From the NCBI GenBank assembly GCA_951804945.1, contig OX638151.1, positions 79,484,001-79,548,000 of the forward strand: a stretch of DNA of 64,000 nt, written 5' to 3'. Shown here piece by piece: positions 51,367 through 64,000 of the stretch; position 1 is the stretch's first letter; each line of letters begins with the position of its first letter. The notes beneath the pieces are model-generated. The model made no database searches. It was not told where the DNA came from and saw only the letters and a list, made by a program, of their open reading frames with translations. The stretch comes from Podarcis cretensis. Its lineage: Eukaryota. The position numbers and the translations under genes are program-made.

Positions 51367-51575
51367 CAGTGGTACCTTGGGTTAAGAACTTAATTTGTTC
51401 CAGAGGTCCGTTCTTAACCTGAGGTACCACTTTAGCTAATGGGGCCTCCTGCTGCCGCCGCACCACCACCGCATGATTTCTGTTCTCATCCTGAAGCAAA
51501 GTTCTTAACCCGAGGTACTATTTCTGGGTTAGCGGACTCTGTAACCTGAAGCGTATGTAACCTGAGGTACCACTG
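51367..51575. mobile_element. Tigger/pogo-like MITE nested in an old SINE
   Basis: TA-CAGTGGTACCT...AGGTACCACTG-TA; the empty site is the palindrome CAGTACTG. Confidence 0.9.
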
Positions 51576-54500
51576 TACTGATATGTGGACCAATTATCTT
51601 AATTTGCGTAAGACAGTTCCATGTTTCTGTGAAGAAGGCTCAGCTGAAATATAGTGATTGGCCCAATGTAATCTCCATAGAAGGGGGATGGCTTGAAACC
51701 CAGTCACTCCAGTCTCATCCAGAATTCTAACCAATACACATACCTGGTGCCTCTTGTTTATAGGACAGAAAATTCTTTTTTTTTTTTTTTGCTTAAGAAG
51801 ACCATTTAGTATTCATAAAAGGGAGGAGAGGAGCCACATTAAAAACAACAACAAAAAAAAACCTGTTCAAATACCTCTAGCCCACATGCAGGTTCTTTTC
51901 TGTCACCCAATAGGTTTAAAACAGATATTGCCTAGTTGTGAAAAATACACTGGAATCAAAGGATGCAAAATACCTATTTTCAATGTCATTACTTCTAAAA
52001 ATTGCAGGCTATTCTATTCAGTATGCCAGAGCAGTTTCTTTCTGCTCTTACATTTTACAAACATGTTATCATTTAGTTTTAAAGATTTCAAGCTACAAAG
52101 CTTGTCCCTTGGGAAATTATTTTGCACAATAATAGCGCTACCTATCATGATGCCTTCTCTGACATTCAGCCAAGTTTTTCTTTTAATTTCACTTATTAGA
52201 TTCACATATAATGCTATTTACTTTTGCTCAATAACTCATTGCCATTTAATGTGTTCAGCTATGTGAAGACATGCATTCCTCCTTTATCAGCAGCAAACAT
52301 AGCCTGCACATATTTAAACTCGTACTTCCTTCTTAAAGCAAGTTTGACCATTTCTAGCTATTTTGTTGCTCAGTCTCGCCTCTCATTCCTCTGGTTTTTC
52401 ACTAGTGAAATCAGCATCACACTTTCACTTTGAAATGTTCTCAGTTACACACATTGTCAAAAATTGTGGCTAACTTTTCACAGTTTAATTTTATGGTGTT
52501 TGTGTCTCTTCTTCCCCCACCACTGCCCCCCAATTGTCCTACCAAGCTTCCTGCTTGCTCCCATCTCAGTGTCTTCCGAACAGCTTATATAAATAGTGGC
52601 AAAACCAGAAACGATAAAAAGGTTAAAGACCCACGCAAATCCTCATTGTCAAATGCTATTGAGATATACATCTGTAGGATGATTCATGGACTAGAATCTC
52701 TACAGAAGATAGGAAAAAGTCAAGTGGTTTGTAAGAACATTCACCATTTGACCAAGTGTCAAGCCCTGTAGAGCATGGGTGGGGAATCTATGGTCTTCCA
52801 GAGGTTCTTGGCCTCTCATTGTGTTTGACCATTAACCATGCTGGCTGGAGCTGATGGGAAGCAACAGTATCTGGAGGACTAGGGTTTCTTCATCCTGGCT
52901 TAAACCTTGCAAAGGTATGGCATCTAACCCCTGTACCATGGAATATTCATGGAACATGTATGTTGTTTATTTTCATCCTCCACTATGGGGGCCATCAGTA
53001 CCTCCTATCATGGTTGTGGAAAGGTCTGAGTAGATATCTCATCAAACATCCACAACGCATGACACTGTTTGTTCTTTCTGCTCAGTATATGTTTGCCCTG
53101 GGTTGGCCTCTTCTATATCAAACATGCCAACATTTACATGGATACCAGGATTAGATACCTTCCTTCCCTTTGGTTCTGATGGTGGAGAGGTACAAAGAGC
53201 TTCTCTCTGGCAGCGGTTGTTGGGAGGTGCCTTTCTTTCCATCGATGAGGGCACAGCCACACCATTTCCATTAAAACACACACCCTCCTCTTTCTGCAAT
53301 CCTAACATTTTATATTTGCACTTAATAGCACTAACATAGGTCTTCAAAACAAAAGTGTGGGAATGGATGCTTCTTTGGATTCCATGATATGGTCTGCCAA
53401 TTGTCCTTACCATAATACAATACAAAGGACTGAACACTCTTCAGTGCTCGGAAGGCATGCCCAGTGGCAACTATGTCATAACACAGCATCCGTATCTCTA
53501 TTCTAATTAAATTAGCAGTTTAGATGTGTAGACAGTGTGATCAGATCTGCACTGTTTGCTAGAATTTGTAGCCAAGAGGGAAAGAGGTGAATTCAAAATG
53601 TGTGGCAGGGACTTGTAAGCCATGGGGAAAGGGAACTGAGACAGCAGGAATGCAAGTGGAAGGGGACAGCTATTATGGGCAAGCCTGAGATGATTCTGGA
53701 GAGCAAGCTGATCAAACTCCAAAAGGGGCAGGAGTTGGCAAATGGAAGCATTCTCTTGTCTGCTACTAGTTGAGGGAAAACTTTATTAACTTAAGGCTGG
53801 AAGCAGGACAGCTAATCTCTGAAACTTTGATAACCTTGTATAATGCACTGAAGAATACTGAATATGTGCTAGTTGCAATTCAAAAGGTAGCTATCCGAAA
53901 TAATGCCCCACTAAGTAGAAAAGTACACATTTTCCAATTACTTCAGTCAAATATTATGAGACTATGCAATAACAGAAACATGGTAATGAAAATTTTATTT
54001 GTTAAAACACATAGCCTAGAATTGTTTGCAGTCCTTAGTTCAAGTGTTCATTATATTACATACTATTTAACAGGATTTTACGATTTTTGAAGTGCATTTT
54101 CTGTAAATTACATTTCCTGAGACATGCATAGTATTTTAGACTTATATATGTTTTACACACCAAAACACTGTACATAATCAGTGGTGCTCAGTGGTGCACA
54201 AAGTAAAGTACATCAAAAATACATTAACAGTTTAACAGTGATAATGTGCCACAGAAAGAAATGTACACACCTTGCATAATTACATTTTTTAAAGCAAGTA
54301 TTATTTTAACTAAGGATGCAAGTAGTTTATGCTTCTAAATTGTATGAAAACACAAGGGGAAAATAATTATTTTGTTCTCCCTCTGGGTTTACAAACACAT
54401 AGATTACATATTAACAAACTGAATCAAAGAGGAAGACAATCTTCTTTTTTTTATAGGAAGTTAGAAGGTGACACTTTGAATTGCCCTTGGTTAAAGTTTT

Positions 54501-55404
54501 GGAGCCTATAGTTTATTTCAGTAGCTTGTAAGATATATAGGTCTACAAGAGAGTGAACTTCCACTCTACCATATGAATTCATGAACCTACAAAGTTAAAA
54601 TAATGTCAACCAACTTAGATTCTTGAGGCTCTTAACTTCAAGCCTTCACAAAAGCTCACTAAAGGATCTGGACAAGATTCAGGAAGTTAAATGAGGCTAG
54701 CAGATCCCAATGATCTGGTTTTAAAAGTTGAACACCATATTATTGCATTCCAAACAGATATACCTCAGATATTTCCTATGCAGAAAATATTTCTACAAAT
54801 AAATGATGTAATTATTTAGTTATATGCCAATTATTCAATTGTATATACATTCCTTTTTAGCCATGATTGTCCAACATTTGGCAGTACTATCATATTGTGG
54901 GTAGAGTGTGCAACATCTGAAGCGGCCCTTAGGGGATATTTTCTGTATAATGCAGAACAGGGCTCATTCACCTTTAGCTCCCATTGTGGGTGTAGTATAA
55001 TTAAGGAGTTTTATCAGCAAAAGATACTAAGATATTAGAGTCTGCACTATTTTATAGATTGGAAGAAGCTAGAAAATTCTAATCCTCAGGCTCAAATCAT
55101 ACCTCACATTTTCATACCTATTTCTGCCTTTCGCAAGTTTGCCAACTCTGTTTTATCAAGCTTCACAAGCATTAATTGCACATATTTAAACCTTTAATAA
55201 CAGATTGACAATACATTCAATGTGTGTTTATAAAAAAACAAGTCCCACTTTCTTCAATGGGGCTTTCTCTCCAGTAGGTATATTTAAAGCTGCAGTTTAA
55301 GAAGTGTGAAGTAATTTCAGCCAGCTGTTACTGGACATAAAGTCCATGTAGAAGAAAATCTGTGGCAGAGTGGGAAGATACAGGAGAGAAGCTTTTAAAA
55401 AACC

Positions 55405-58400
55405 CAAAGCTTAAGGGAAATGTTTTATTTCACATCATCCATTGGTTCCCCAATGAGCTTTCAAAGATGTATATATTGAAATGTATTCAGCTAAACTATA
55501 AATCTTGGAAATAAGAAATGTTGCTGTTATACCCCATTGCCTTTGTATTTTAGGGCACATAAACTGAAGAGTAGCTATAGAAAATGGATTTCAGTGTAAG
55601 TGAATGCTACAAAGTAAGTCAATAAAGCAGGCAACTCGGAAGATTAAACTCCGTTGTGACTGTTTCTTGTGCTTTACTTTTTGTAGTCAGGTACAGGAAC
55701 TCAAATACAAAATAAAAGCATGCCACATCTATTGTGAATAATGTATAATGTTAAGTTGAAGTAGGAACTCAAGTCTTTCCCCAGGGGCGCATGTATACCA
55801 TACCCTTTCTGCAGAGGAAGGCGTTTAAATGAAAGTATGAACGTGTCATTGTGAACATGCATGCACCATTTGTAACTGACATGCAACTGTGTGGGCTTTT
55901 TACTCAGAAGTGCATTGGATGCCCATCGAAAAATTAAACAATGCTTAACAGCACTAAGGGTCAATATCTAGTAAAATGCATACAGTACTTTAAAAAGGCA
56001 CTTATTCTCCATAAAAGCCTCTAACAGTCAAGAAACATTTGCAAACATAACAGTACATAAATACAGTTCATAATTATTGTTCATATTTTGGAAAAATGCT
56101 GGAAAAATAGTCAAGCAATTAATAGTGATTCAAATTACGTATTAAACTAAGAGAGAAACTCCATGTGTGGTGTATTTGTTGCTGGACCGTTACCACTGGA
56201 GACTGCTAGTTGGAAACTGAATTTTTGAATATGTCTCCACATAAACACACCACAACCTCCCTGTACATACCAAAACCAGAACTCTCCCTAAATTCTATTT
56301 TTGAATGTGCAAAATATTTGTTTACTGCAGGTAACTTACTCTCCACCTGCAATATAAAGAGATACAGTTCTGCAGCAGCTGGATCATACAAGTATGCTCA
56401 TTGTACTTTTAAAAAAATGGGTGGTGCTTTATGTTGAACAATTAAAGAATAATGTCATATGCTTGAAAATTCCCAACTATTGCAGCTCCAGCTATTATTT
56501 TAAAAGAAAGAAATGGTCTAGCATTATCTTGTTTAGCTCTCCTCTCAACCCCATTGCTATAAACTTTCAAAACAAACCCACATATTCATATACCTGTTGC
56601 TGAGTTACAGTAACTTTCCCGCACAAAGGAGCATGAACCAAATTTGTTAACTTTAAATTTAAATTGCACAGGAATAACTTCAAAGTTATACAGTTGGCAG
56701 GAAAGGTAGACAAGAGAAGGAATGATATGACAGAAAAAAGAAGATGACTTTTTGAGCTAAGGGCATAATTTCTAGCTCACTTGGGACTTTTGCAATGCTC
56801 TTGCATATAATATCTTCATCCCAACTGACAGAAAAGGAAAACACAGTTTACGGATATCCATCAGCGGGCATGAACACTAGAAATTATCTGCAACATTCAA
56901 ACCCAGGAAAATGATCTTCCACAAAATCCCAACTCACCAATTGAGCTGAGAAAGAATTGCAGCATTCAATACAACAAATTTAATTCAAGGTGGATGTCAA
57001 ATTGTTGTTAAAGTTGGTGATGCTCATGGAAGCATAACACGTAAGGATTGTTCTGCACTAAGAAAAACTTTGGATCCAAATATCATGGCTTAGACAACGT
57101 AATTTTGACTCCAATGCAAGTCATAGCCTATGCTACACATATTTCACTGACTGGTTCTTGAGCAACCTACCAAGCATCAGTAACTCTTCCATACAAACTC
57201 TTCCTTCTAGAGCAGGAGGGAGTGATCTAAATTAGTCCCAGAAAGAAAGTATGGGTTGTTCAATTGGCTCATTAAGGCATACAGTGGGAAAATTAACACA
57301 ATTTGCTTAAGCCGGAACACATTCACAATTAATCAACCTAATGCTTACAGTATGTATGCACAATATTATTTTTACGTGGAGGGTTCTTCCAACACATTTC
57401 TCCAGAAAAACAAAAGAAAGCAATTGTGCCTTATTTAGCTAAAACAAAGGGGAAAAGGTAAGAGAAACCTATCACAAAACATACCACACTTTTCACTCAA
57501 GCATTATTGTACCAATTACAACACATGGGCAGAAAAATCCTATGGTAATGGTTGTGCATGTGTGTGGCTGTGAAGATTCTTTGGGGAAGCTCCAACCACT
57601 TCCTAAGCCCCATCAACTTGCAGGTCAGGTCAGGACAGGAGGTGGCTGGCAAGCTTTTCTCTACCTTTCCCCCCAACCCTTTCAATGGGAATGATTAACT
57701 ACACCAGCTCTAGGACTGGTATAATTAAATACTCCTCTGGGGAACCTGTCTGGGAAGGAGTGTCCTGTGGACTCCTAGCTGCCGCACCACATCCTGACCC
57801 AGTGTCCCACACCTCTCTGCTTGATGCCAGAGAACCAGCATAAATTCTATGCCCACAGAGTTTTCCACAGGTGTATCAGGGGTCCTCTGGGAGCATAAGT
57901 ACCATGCCTCCAGAATGGCACTTACGTCACTTCTGGTGACTCCTCAGCCCTTAATCAGCTGTAGGATTGTGTCCTTACATAGCTTTTGATGGTTCAGTTT
58001 TTTGAAATGTGAGCTGGGCTTCAAAAACAGCTTCAGCATATATTAACAAATGTTTCACCAAAGAAAGTATCTATTTAGTTATTCAGTATGCTTTCCACTG
58101 AAGTTCAAAGAAATCCCTGGCAAATAAGAGGCAGAATGAACATTTCAGAAAATACAAATCATATGAACTCTTACTCCAAGAACAGTGTTCCTGCAGTGTT
58201 CTTTTTTCATAGCATACAGAGTATGTTTCATATTTTCAATATAGATGTGTACAAAACGCTGTCTAACGTCTCATTCATGTATTCATACTAACACTGTGCA
58301 CATTAAAAGCCTTACAACTATTTATTTAAAAGTAAATTAGAATAATTTCATTTCTCATAAAGCAGACCTTATTATCGTATAATTGAAACAACTGTTGAGA

Positions 58401-60647
58401 CACACACTTAATTCGGACAGAAGAGAATGGAATTTGCAAGCTAGGTTGCGATTTGTAAAAACCTGTAGCCCTGCAGATGAGCCCTTTAAGCTCTAAATCA
58501 ACCACTCTGGAATTCAGATTTTCCTTCCTCATAGTTACCATGTGACAGTGGCTTACTATGGTATGAATCATGCAGTGAGGTCTGTTCCTTAGTCTGCAGA
58601 CAGTATTATTATCTTAAAAACCCTGGTGCAGGGTTTTAAAAGATTACTGAAGAAGTGTGATTCAAACTTATTTGACTGTACTTGCAACAGTTGGCTGCCT
58701 AACTCATTGCAAATCCAAGTGGAGCTATACAAGTGACCTGAACCTAAGTATATGAAAATGTCTTGAGTACAAGCTTCCTTTATGTGCTTTCCAAGCCTTG
58801 CTGTACTTCTGAGAATAAAAGCTCTCACTTCTCAGTGGTATTCACTATGTAGCCAATGGACCAAATTGTATTATGTAAGGATACTCCTTGCGAGTTACTT
58901 CCCATCATGTATCCTACATGCCCTCTACCCAAATGTCAGATCTCCCTCCTCTGCCCTGTCCCCCCCCCCCCCAAATCCCCGGTTACAATTTCCAAACACT
59001 CTATGCTCCCCAACTACATATTTAGCAGTGAAAGCAAGTGTCAGACTAGATCCGCATTCAGCTCTCCATATTATGTATATGCTAAGTGAATATAACATTC
59101 TATGAGATAAGGTGAAGAAATCTCATTGCGACTAGAATTGCAAAAGCAAGTAGAAACCATCTGCTAAGCAGCAGCAGCAGCAGCAGAGAGAAGAACTATG
59201 TCTGAAAAAGATCTACTTCAAATGAACAAAATACTTCAAAGTTGCCTCCTTTCAAAATTTCAAATTTGGAAAGGAAAAGGATTGCCAAAAAATTCTCTAG
59301 CTGACACCGGGACCATTTTGCAGATGCCCTGAAGCTCTATGTGGGAAAATAGTGAAGCTATTAGGGTATCCTGGGGAGAAGTGTGCACACTTAAGCTGGA
59401 AGCTCCTTCAGATCCTGAACTGCTCCCACCTGTAAAGACAAGCCAGTTTTCACCTTAAATGCAGTTATTTGAGCAGAGCTATAGACTACAAGTTGCAGCT
59501 GTGTATGCAGAACTACATCTGTTGCTTTGGATCACAGCCCTTAGCAGAATTATAATGAAATAAATGGAGGAAAATATTTAAAAGCTTATGTTGCGATTTT
59601 CTTTTAAGAAACGCAATATGGTTTTTAAACAAAATTGATTAGATGTCTAAAGTGCCTAAGTAGTAGTAGCAAAACTGGTTTCAAACCATTATTACTCCTA
59701 AATTTTAACTGATCATGAGAATTTGAAAGCATTACTTTAAATACACCATAAGCGCTGTGTGTTTAAGGCAAAGAAGGGGCCTTCTAGATTTTGCTGGACA
59801 ACAATACCACATCAACTTTGGACTGCTGGCCATACCGACTAGGGCTGACAAGAGTTCGGGCTGAACAATATCTAGAAGGCTATAGGTTCCCCAGCCCCAG
59901 GTTTAAGGACATATAATGATTCTAGGAAATTTGAAGGCATCAACATCGAAATTCTGTGCATGCCTATTCAGCTCCACTGAAGTCAGTGGGATTTACTGCT
60001 GAGTAAACAAGGACAGGATTGTGCTGTAAGAAAATCAAATTCGATTAATGAGTTGCCATGCACAAAATTTCCAAGTTACTGTCTTATTTTTGAGCTTGAT
60101 TTTGTTTCATTTTGTTACTATATGGGACTTCATACAACTAATTCAAATAGTAATTAGTAAGTGCCACGATTAACAAACAGCCATCAATTCATCCCCAAAG
60201 GCGAAGCCAGTGTTAGTAAAGCTCTTTCACTGATGAACACTGAGTTTCACAACAAATTTTAAAAGTTAATATTGACATATGGGAAGCACAATGCACCCAA
60301 GTGGATGTGTGTGCCTTAGCTCTAAACTACGGCCTATTTGGGATGGATAAAGTGCAGCTCACAGTATTTTCCATCGTATTAGCTACTCTTATAAATTGGG
60401 TGGATGGATGAATGAACAGAACTTAAGTAATTAATCTTCACATTCTAGCTATACCATCAGTGTATGGATACCCATTCATGGCCCTGCAGTGAAGGTCTGC
60501 CAAAAAATCAGTTTCCATGACCTGAAAGGCAGAGAAGTGCATGTACCAGAAGATTTTTAATTTAATTTTGTGCATATTGTTACAAAAGTGGCAATAAACA
60601 ATCCATTTCAGTTTGGCTCGTGTCCTTGGTTCAATCTGCTTTCTATC

Positions 60648-60690
<43 letters not shown>

Positions 60691-62765
60691 ATCATCTATA
60701 TCAAAAAGCCTTGAAATTGTCAGTATTTGCAAAGTCACTAACAATGGGTGTTTTTTAGGAGGGGGAAATAAACATCTGGATCTCATCTGCATGAACTCCA
60801 AAAACCATTTATCAGTAGCTTAAAAAGGGATGGGCCTCACAGAACTGGTTTGGATTACACCTCTACAAGTTGTTTTCCAGCTTCTCCTTCCTTCCCACTT
60901 ACTTGGCCTGGCAGCTACAACAACAAGGGTACAGAGGTCTTCAGTAGGCTACTCCTATTGAAACTATAGGATGTTTCCTGGGCACACAATGGCTGTTCAA
61001 AGGACTTGGGCTTCTTGAAATAATTACATTTCTTAGCAAGATGCTAGTAAAGAAGGAAAGCATACAGGAAGCCTTCCTATGTTGCAACCACCAAATTACA
61101 TAGTGGACCAAGCTACAGGGGCTTGTGGAGGAAATTGCTTGAGCTTTGTCACACTCCATGTTACTGGAAGCACAGTAGCTGCAAGCTGGGCTCAGAATTT
61201 GCTTCAGAATAAAAACAAATTAAAAACAGAAAATAATTTGGTTTGTTAAGCTCAACTTCCAATAACACCATAGGGATGGGGTTGCCCACCCCTGGGCAAA
61301 AAAAGGAAGGGCAAATCCTTTCGCCTGCAGCATAATATAGTTTTTTTAAAACAAACAAACAAACTGCAGAACCAAACTCATAAAATAAGACAATGAATCC
61401 AGCTTGTGTGTTTGCTATATTAGCTTTGGATAAGTGTCTAGGGAGCACATTAGAGAGGCACTTTCAATTTGGAGATAATAAGGCACTCACTGAAAATCAC
61501 AACATTCAGTAGCCCATTAGTGAGAAATGATTCAAAGCACAGGTGCTCTCGTGTTATAGTCCGCTCAACCCAGACTGCAGCTGGCAGTGTGTTTGGAAGA
61601 ACATAGTCTTTGCTATCCAAAGTTGGGTGTCTCCAATTTCACGTGGAATAGATATTAACACCACACTGGGGAAATACAATTCTTTTAAAAGGACATTTTT
61701 AAAGCTCCTACAAATGCTCACAACGGACAATTTATACTATTCCAAATTATTGTTTTCTGAGTCTGTACTCTAAAAAGTTAAATCCTGCTAAACATTCTAA
61801 GCACTCAAAAGCATTTTTCTTCTTTGAAAATGATTCCTGTATTTAGGATCTAAAGCAAAGCAAACTGAGTGTTCTGCTCATGCGGCAATGCCAAACAAAA
61901 TGAGTAAATGTGCCTTTAAAAAACCTAACTGAAACAATTACTAATTATGATTATCATGATAATTTTAGTTCACTCATTATTTCTACCAAAATAAGTGCAA
62001 AAAATAAGGAGAACATGTTTATTTATCTACAAAATATATAATATACATCACGGGCACCTACCACCAATTCCTGTGGTTTGAATTGCAATGAATGGGAGTA
62101 GCATAGGAAAATCAGGCAATGTTCTTCTGCAGCTCCAATACATTTTTTAAAAAGTGATTCTTGTTCTGGAAGGTTCCTTGGTGAGTTCTCTACTTTCCCA
62201 CTGGAAAAGATGCTTCACATATACAAATTAATATTTAAGAAACTGTTGTAAAAGGTTTTGTTCATGGTTCTTTAAAGGGCCTGACCTAAGGAGCACATTT
62301 AAGTGCACCACAGTGGTTTCCATTTGAGTGCTAGGATTTGTTTTGTTTTTGCACACCTCTTCACCTTGCACTGGAAGTTGTTTCTGAGGTTTTCTCACTT
62401 TGAGGGAATTCTTCAGAAAAGGGGAAATTTCAGAAGTCCAGCTGGGTACAGAGACCCTAAGCAACTGTTTTAGCTGGAATAAGCTCTGTATCATTCTACT
62501 AGTGTTATAAATCAAATATTCTAGACAGTGTACTGGTAATATACAGAACATTAAAAGGGACAGTATTTAGCACTATCAATGTATTATAAGAACCCGAGGG
62601 GCTAATATTGCTTGCCATTGTTATCATTACTCTAAAAGTGAACATTTTCTCTTCGGAAAGCTATAGCAATAGTGCAGACGATATCCTCACAAATTAAAAC
62701 GTTCTTGATTTATCAGCGAGACACAGCGATGGGCCCATCGTGGAACTGCCAAGTGGAAATGCACC
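55405..62765 (-). other. Putative long 3'UTR of the mannosidase gene with alternative poly(A) signals
   Basis: Repeat-poor AT-rich sequence downstream of the stop. Minus-strand AATAAA at 62023-62018, 58326-58321 and 55429-55424; the last is followed by a GU/U-rich element (TTTGGGTTTTTT). Confidence 0.4.
60642..60701 (+). repeat. (TCTA)n microsatellite
   Basis: Direct reading. Confidence 0.95.
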
Positions 62766-63402
62766 TCATGTAAGCCACTGCTCTTTTTCTTTGCTGTACT
62801 TTTCAGACCACTTACGAGTGAGCTCCAGATAAATATTTGGCTTATGTGGCTGATAGTCGAGGTAAACTGCCTTTCCAGTCCTCTTTGGAATGGCCTTTTC
62901 AATCTGAGTTCCTTCATGCCATTCATTGAAAGAGGTGATAGAGATTATTTCAGGGCGTACCAGAAGCGCAGCGCTGAACGCAGTCTCATAGTATTTGCCA
63001 TTGACGCGGTTCCGTGTGTTGTGGCTGTTCCATGGTCGAATGCTGGTGTCTACATAGCCTGGTCCCACGCTTGGAATAAACAGCAAGTTTTTCGTGTCAC
63101 AAAAGGCTTTCAAACTTGGCCAGTTGTGATGGCTTGAGCCGTAGGAGAAGCCGTTGGTGGCAAAATATGTATAAATTCCGTCAAAGCCACTTCTATGGAT
63201 TTCATGCTTGTGTTTTTCTTCCACAAGAAGGGCAATGAATAAGCTATCATAGGGTGTATTGCGTATACTCTGGGATCCAGAGACAGTAAGCAGATTTGCC
63301 CACATTTCAGGGATTGTTATATAAGAATCGTAGACATAAAACATGGGAAGGGTTCTACCTGTGCTGACTTTATGTCTGTAAAAGGCTGGATGGGCTCCAT
63401 AT
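62766..63402 (-). CDS. MANEA: Terminal coding exon of a glycoprotein endo-alpha-1,2-mannosidase (GH99, MANEA/MANEAL family); upstream exons lie beyond the window
   Basis: Translation YGAHPAFYRH...PMFYVYDSY...GFDGIYTYFATNGF...FIPSVGPGYVDTSIRPWN...SITSFNEWHEGTQIEKA...YLDY..H.P..YLELTRKW matches the C-terminal half of vertebrate GH99 enzymes. Catalytic EWHE motif intact (62913-62924). Acceptor actttctttcctttctAG ends at 63403; TGA stop at 62768-62766. Family is certain; exact paralog is not (see findings). Confidence 0.93.
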
Positions 63403-64000
63403 CTAGAAAGGAAAGAAAGTGACCAATATAAAGTAAATAACATTCATTTTTGTATCATTGGGTATTAAGCAGTGTTGTTTGCTCTTCCCAAATTTATTTC
63501 CATTCAAATGTGTCATCACCATCATTAGATATAGTAAAGGATGTACACTTGCCAATGTAGTTATGCACAATTAATTTTATTTAAATTAGTCATTTCCACA
63601 CTATGAAGAAAAAAAATATTCTATTGCTCTGCTTCTAATTTCATATTTCATGATACTTCAGCTAGTCAAGGCTAACTAAGGGTCTAGCAAGGCAGGAAGT
63701 TTGAAAAACAGCCTTAAGACACAGCAATAAATATGAGAAAACTGGCAATTGAACCAAATCTCTCTGACTTGAACAGGGAGAAAAAATTCAGGGGATTTGA
63801 ACAAGAAGCAGAGCTATTTGTGTGGATTAAGAACGTTAATTGATAGTGTACTGCACAACGAAACAAAATCACATGAAAAACACTGGACAGAGTTAAGTTG
63901 TAACATCAACATTCAAATACTTGAGGAAGTGCTTACTTGTCTATGATATACTTGATGTTGCTGTACATACTGCGATCATCTCTATCTTTGTATGGCTCAA

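Noticed and set aside
53042-53437. 131-aa minus-strand ORF or cryptic exon
   Set aside because: No recognisable domain and no convincing polypyrimidine acceptor.
62844-63137. 97-aa plus-strand ORF
   Set aside because: Antisense shadow of the mannosidase exon.
63403-63443. N-terminal MLFTLYWSLSFLSR of the 225-aa ORF as a real start
   Set aside because: It is intronic read-through across the polypyrimidine tract and AG acceptor; homology begins at YGAHPAF.

Overview
Eukaryotic, AT-rich, almost entirely non-coding DNA from a squamate reptile, most likely a lacertid lizard (inferred from Sauria/POM-type SINEs with (ACCTTT)n tails, BovB LINEs with (CAA)n tails and reptile Penelope elements). The only supportable host coding sequence is the last coding exon of a GH99 endo-alpha-1,2-mannosidase (MANEA/MANEAL family) on the minus strand (63402-62766). 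It mixes MANEA-like and MANEAL-like residues and may be a third paralog. A repeat-poor stretch, probably a long 3'UTR, follows it. The other ~52 kb is intergenic and holds Sauria SINEs, BovB, L2 and CR1 fragments, hAT and Tigger-like MITEs, Penelope inverted repeats with decayed hammerhead ribozymes, a solo LTR inserted in a hAT transposase fossil, a highly structured LTR-like element, a truncated 5S rRNA pseudogene, 5S-derived SINEs, microsatellites, enhancer-like unique islands and two assembly gaps. I see no multi-gene novel system. The best leads are the paralog identity of the mannosidase and the structured 25.5-26.3 kb element. Nearly all ORFs in the supplied track are spurious or transposon-derived. 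Family names come from my recall of consensus sequences, not from a database search.
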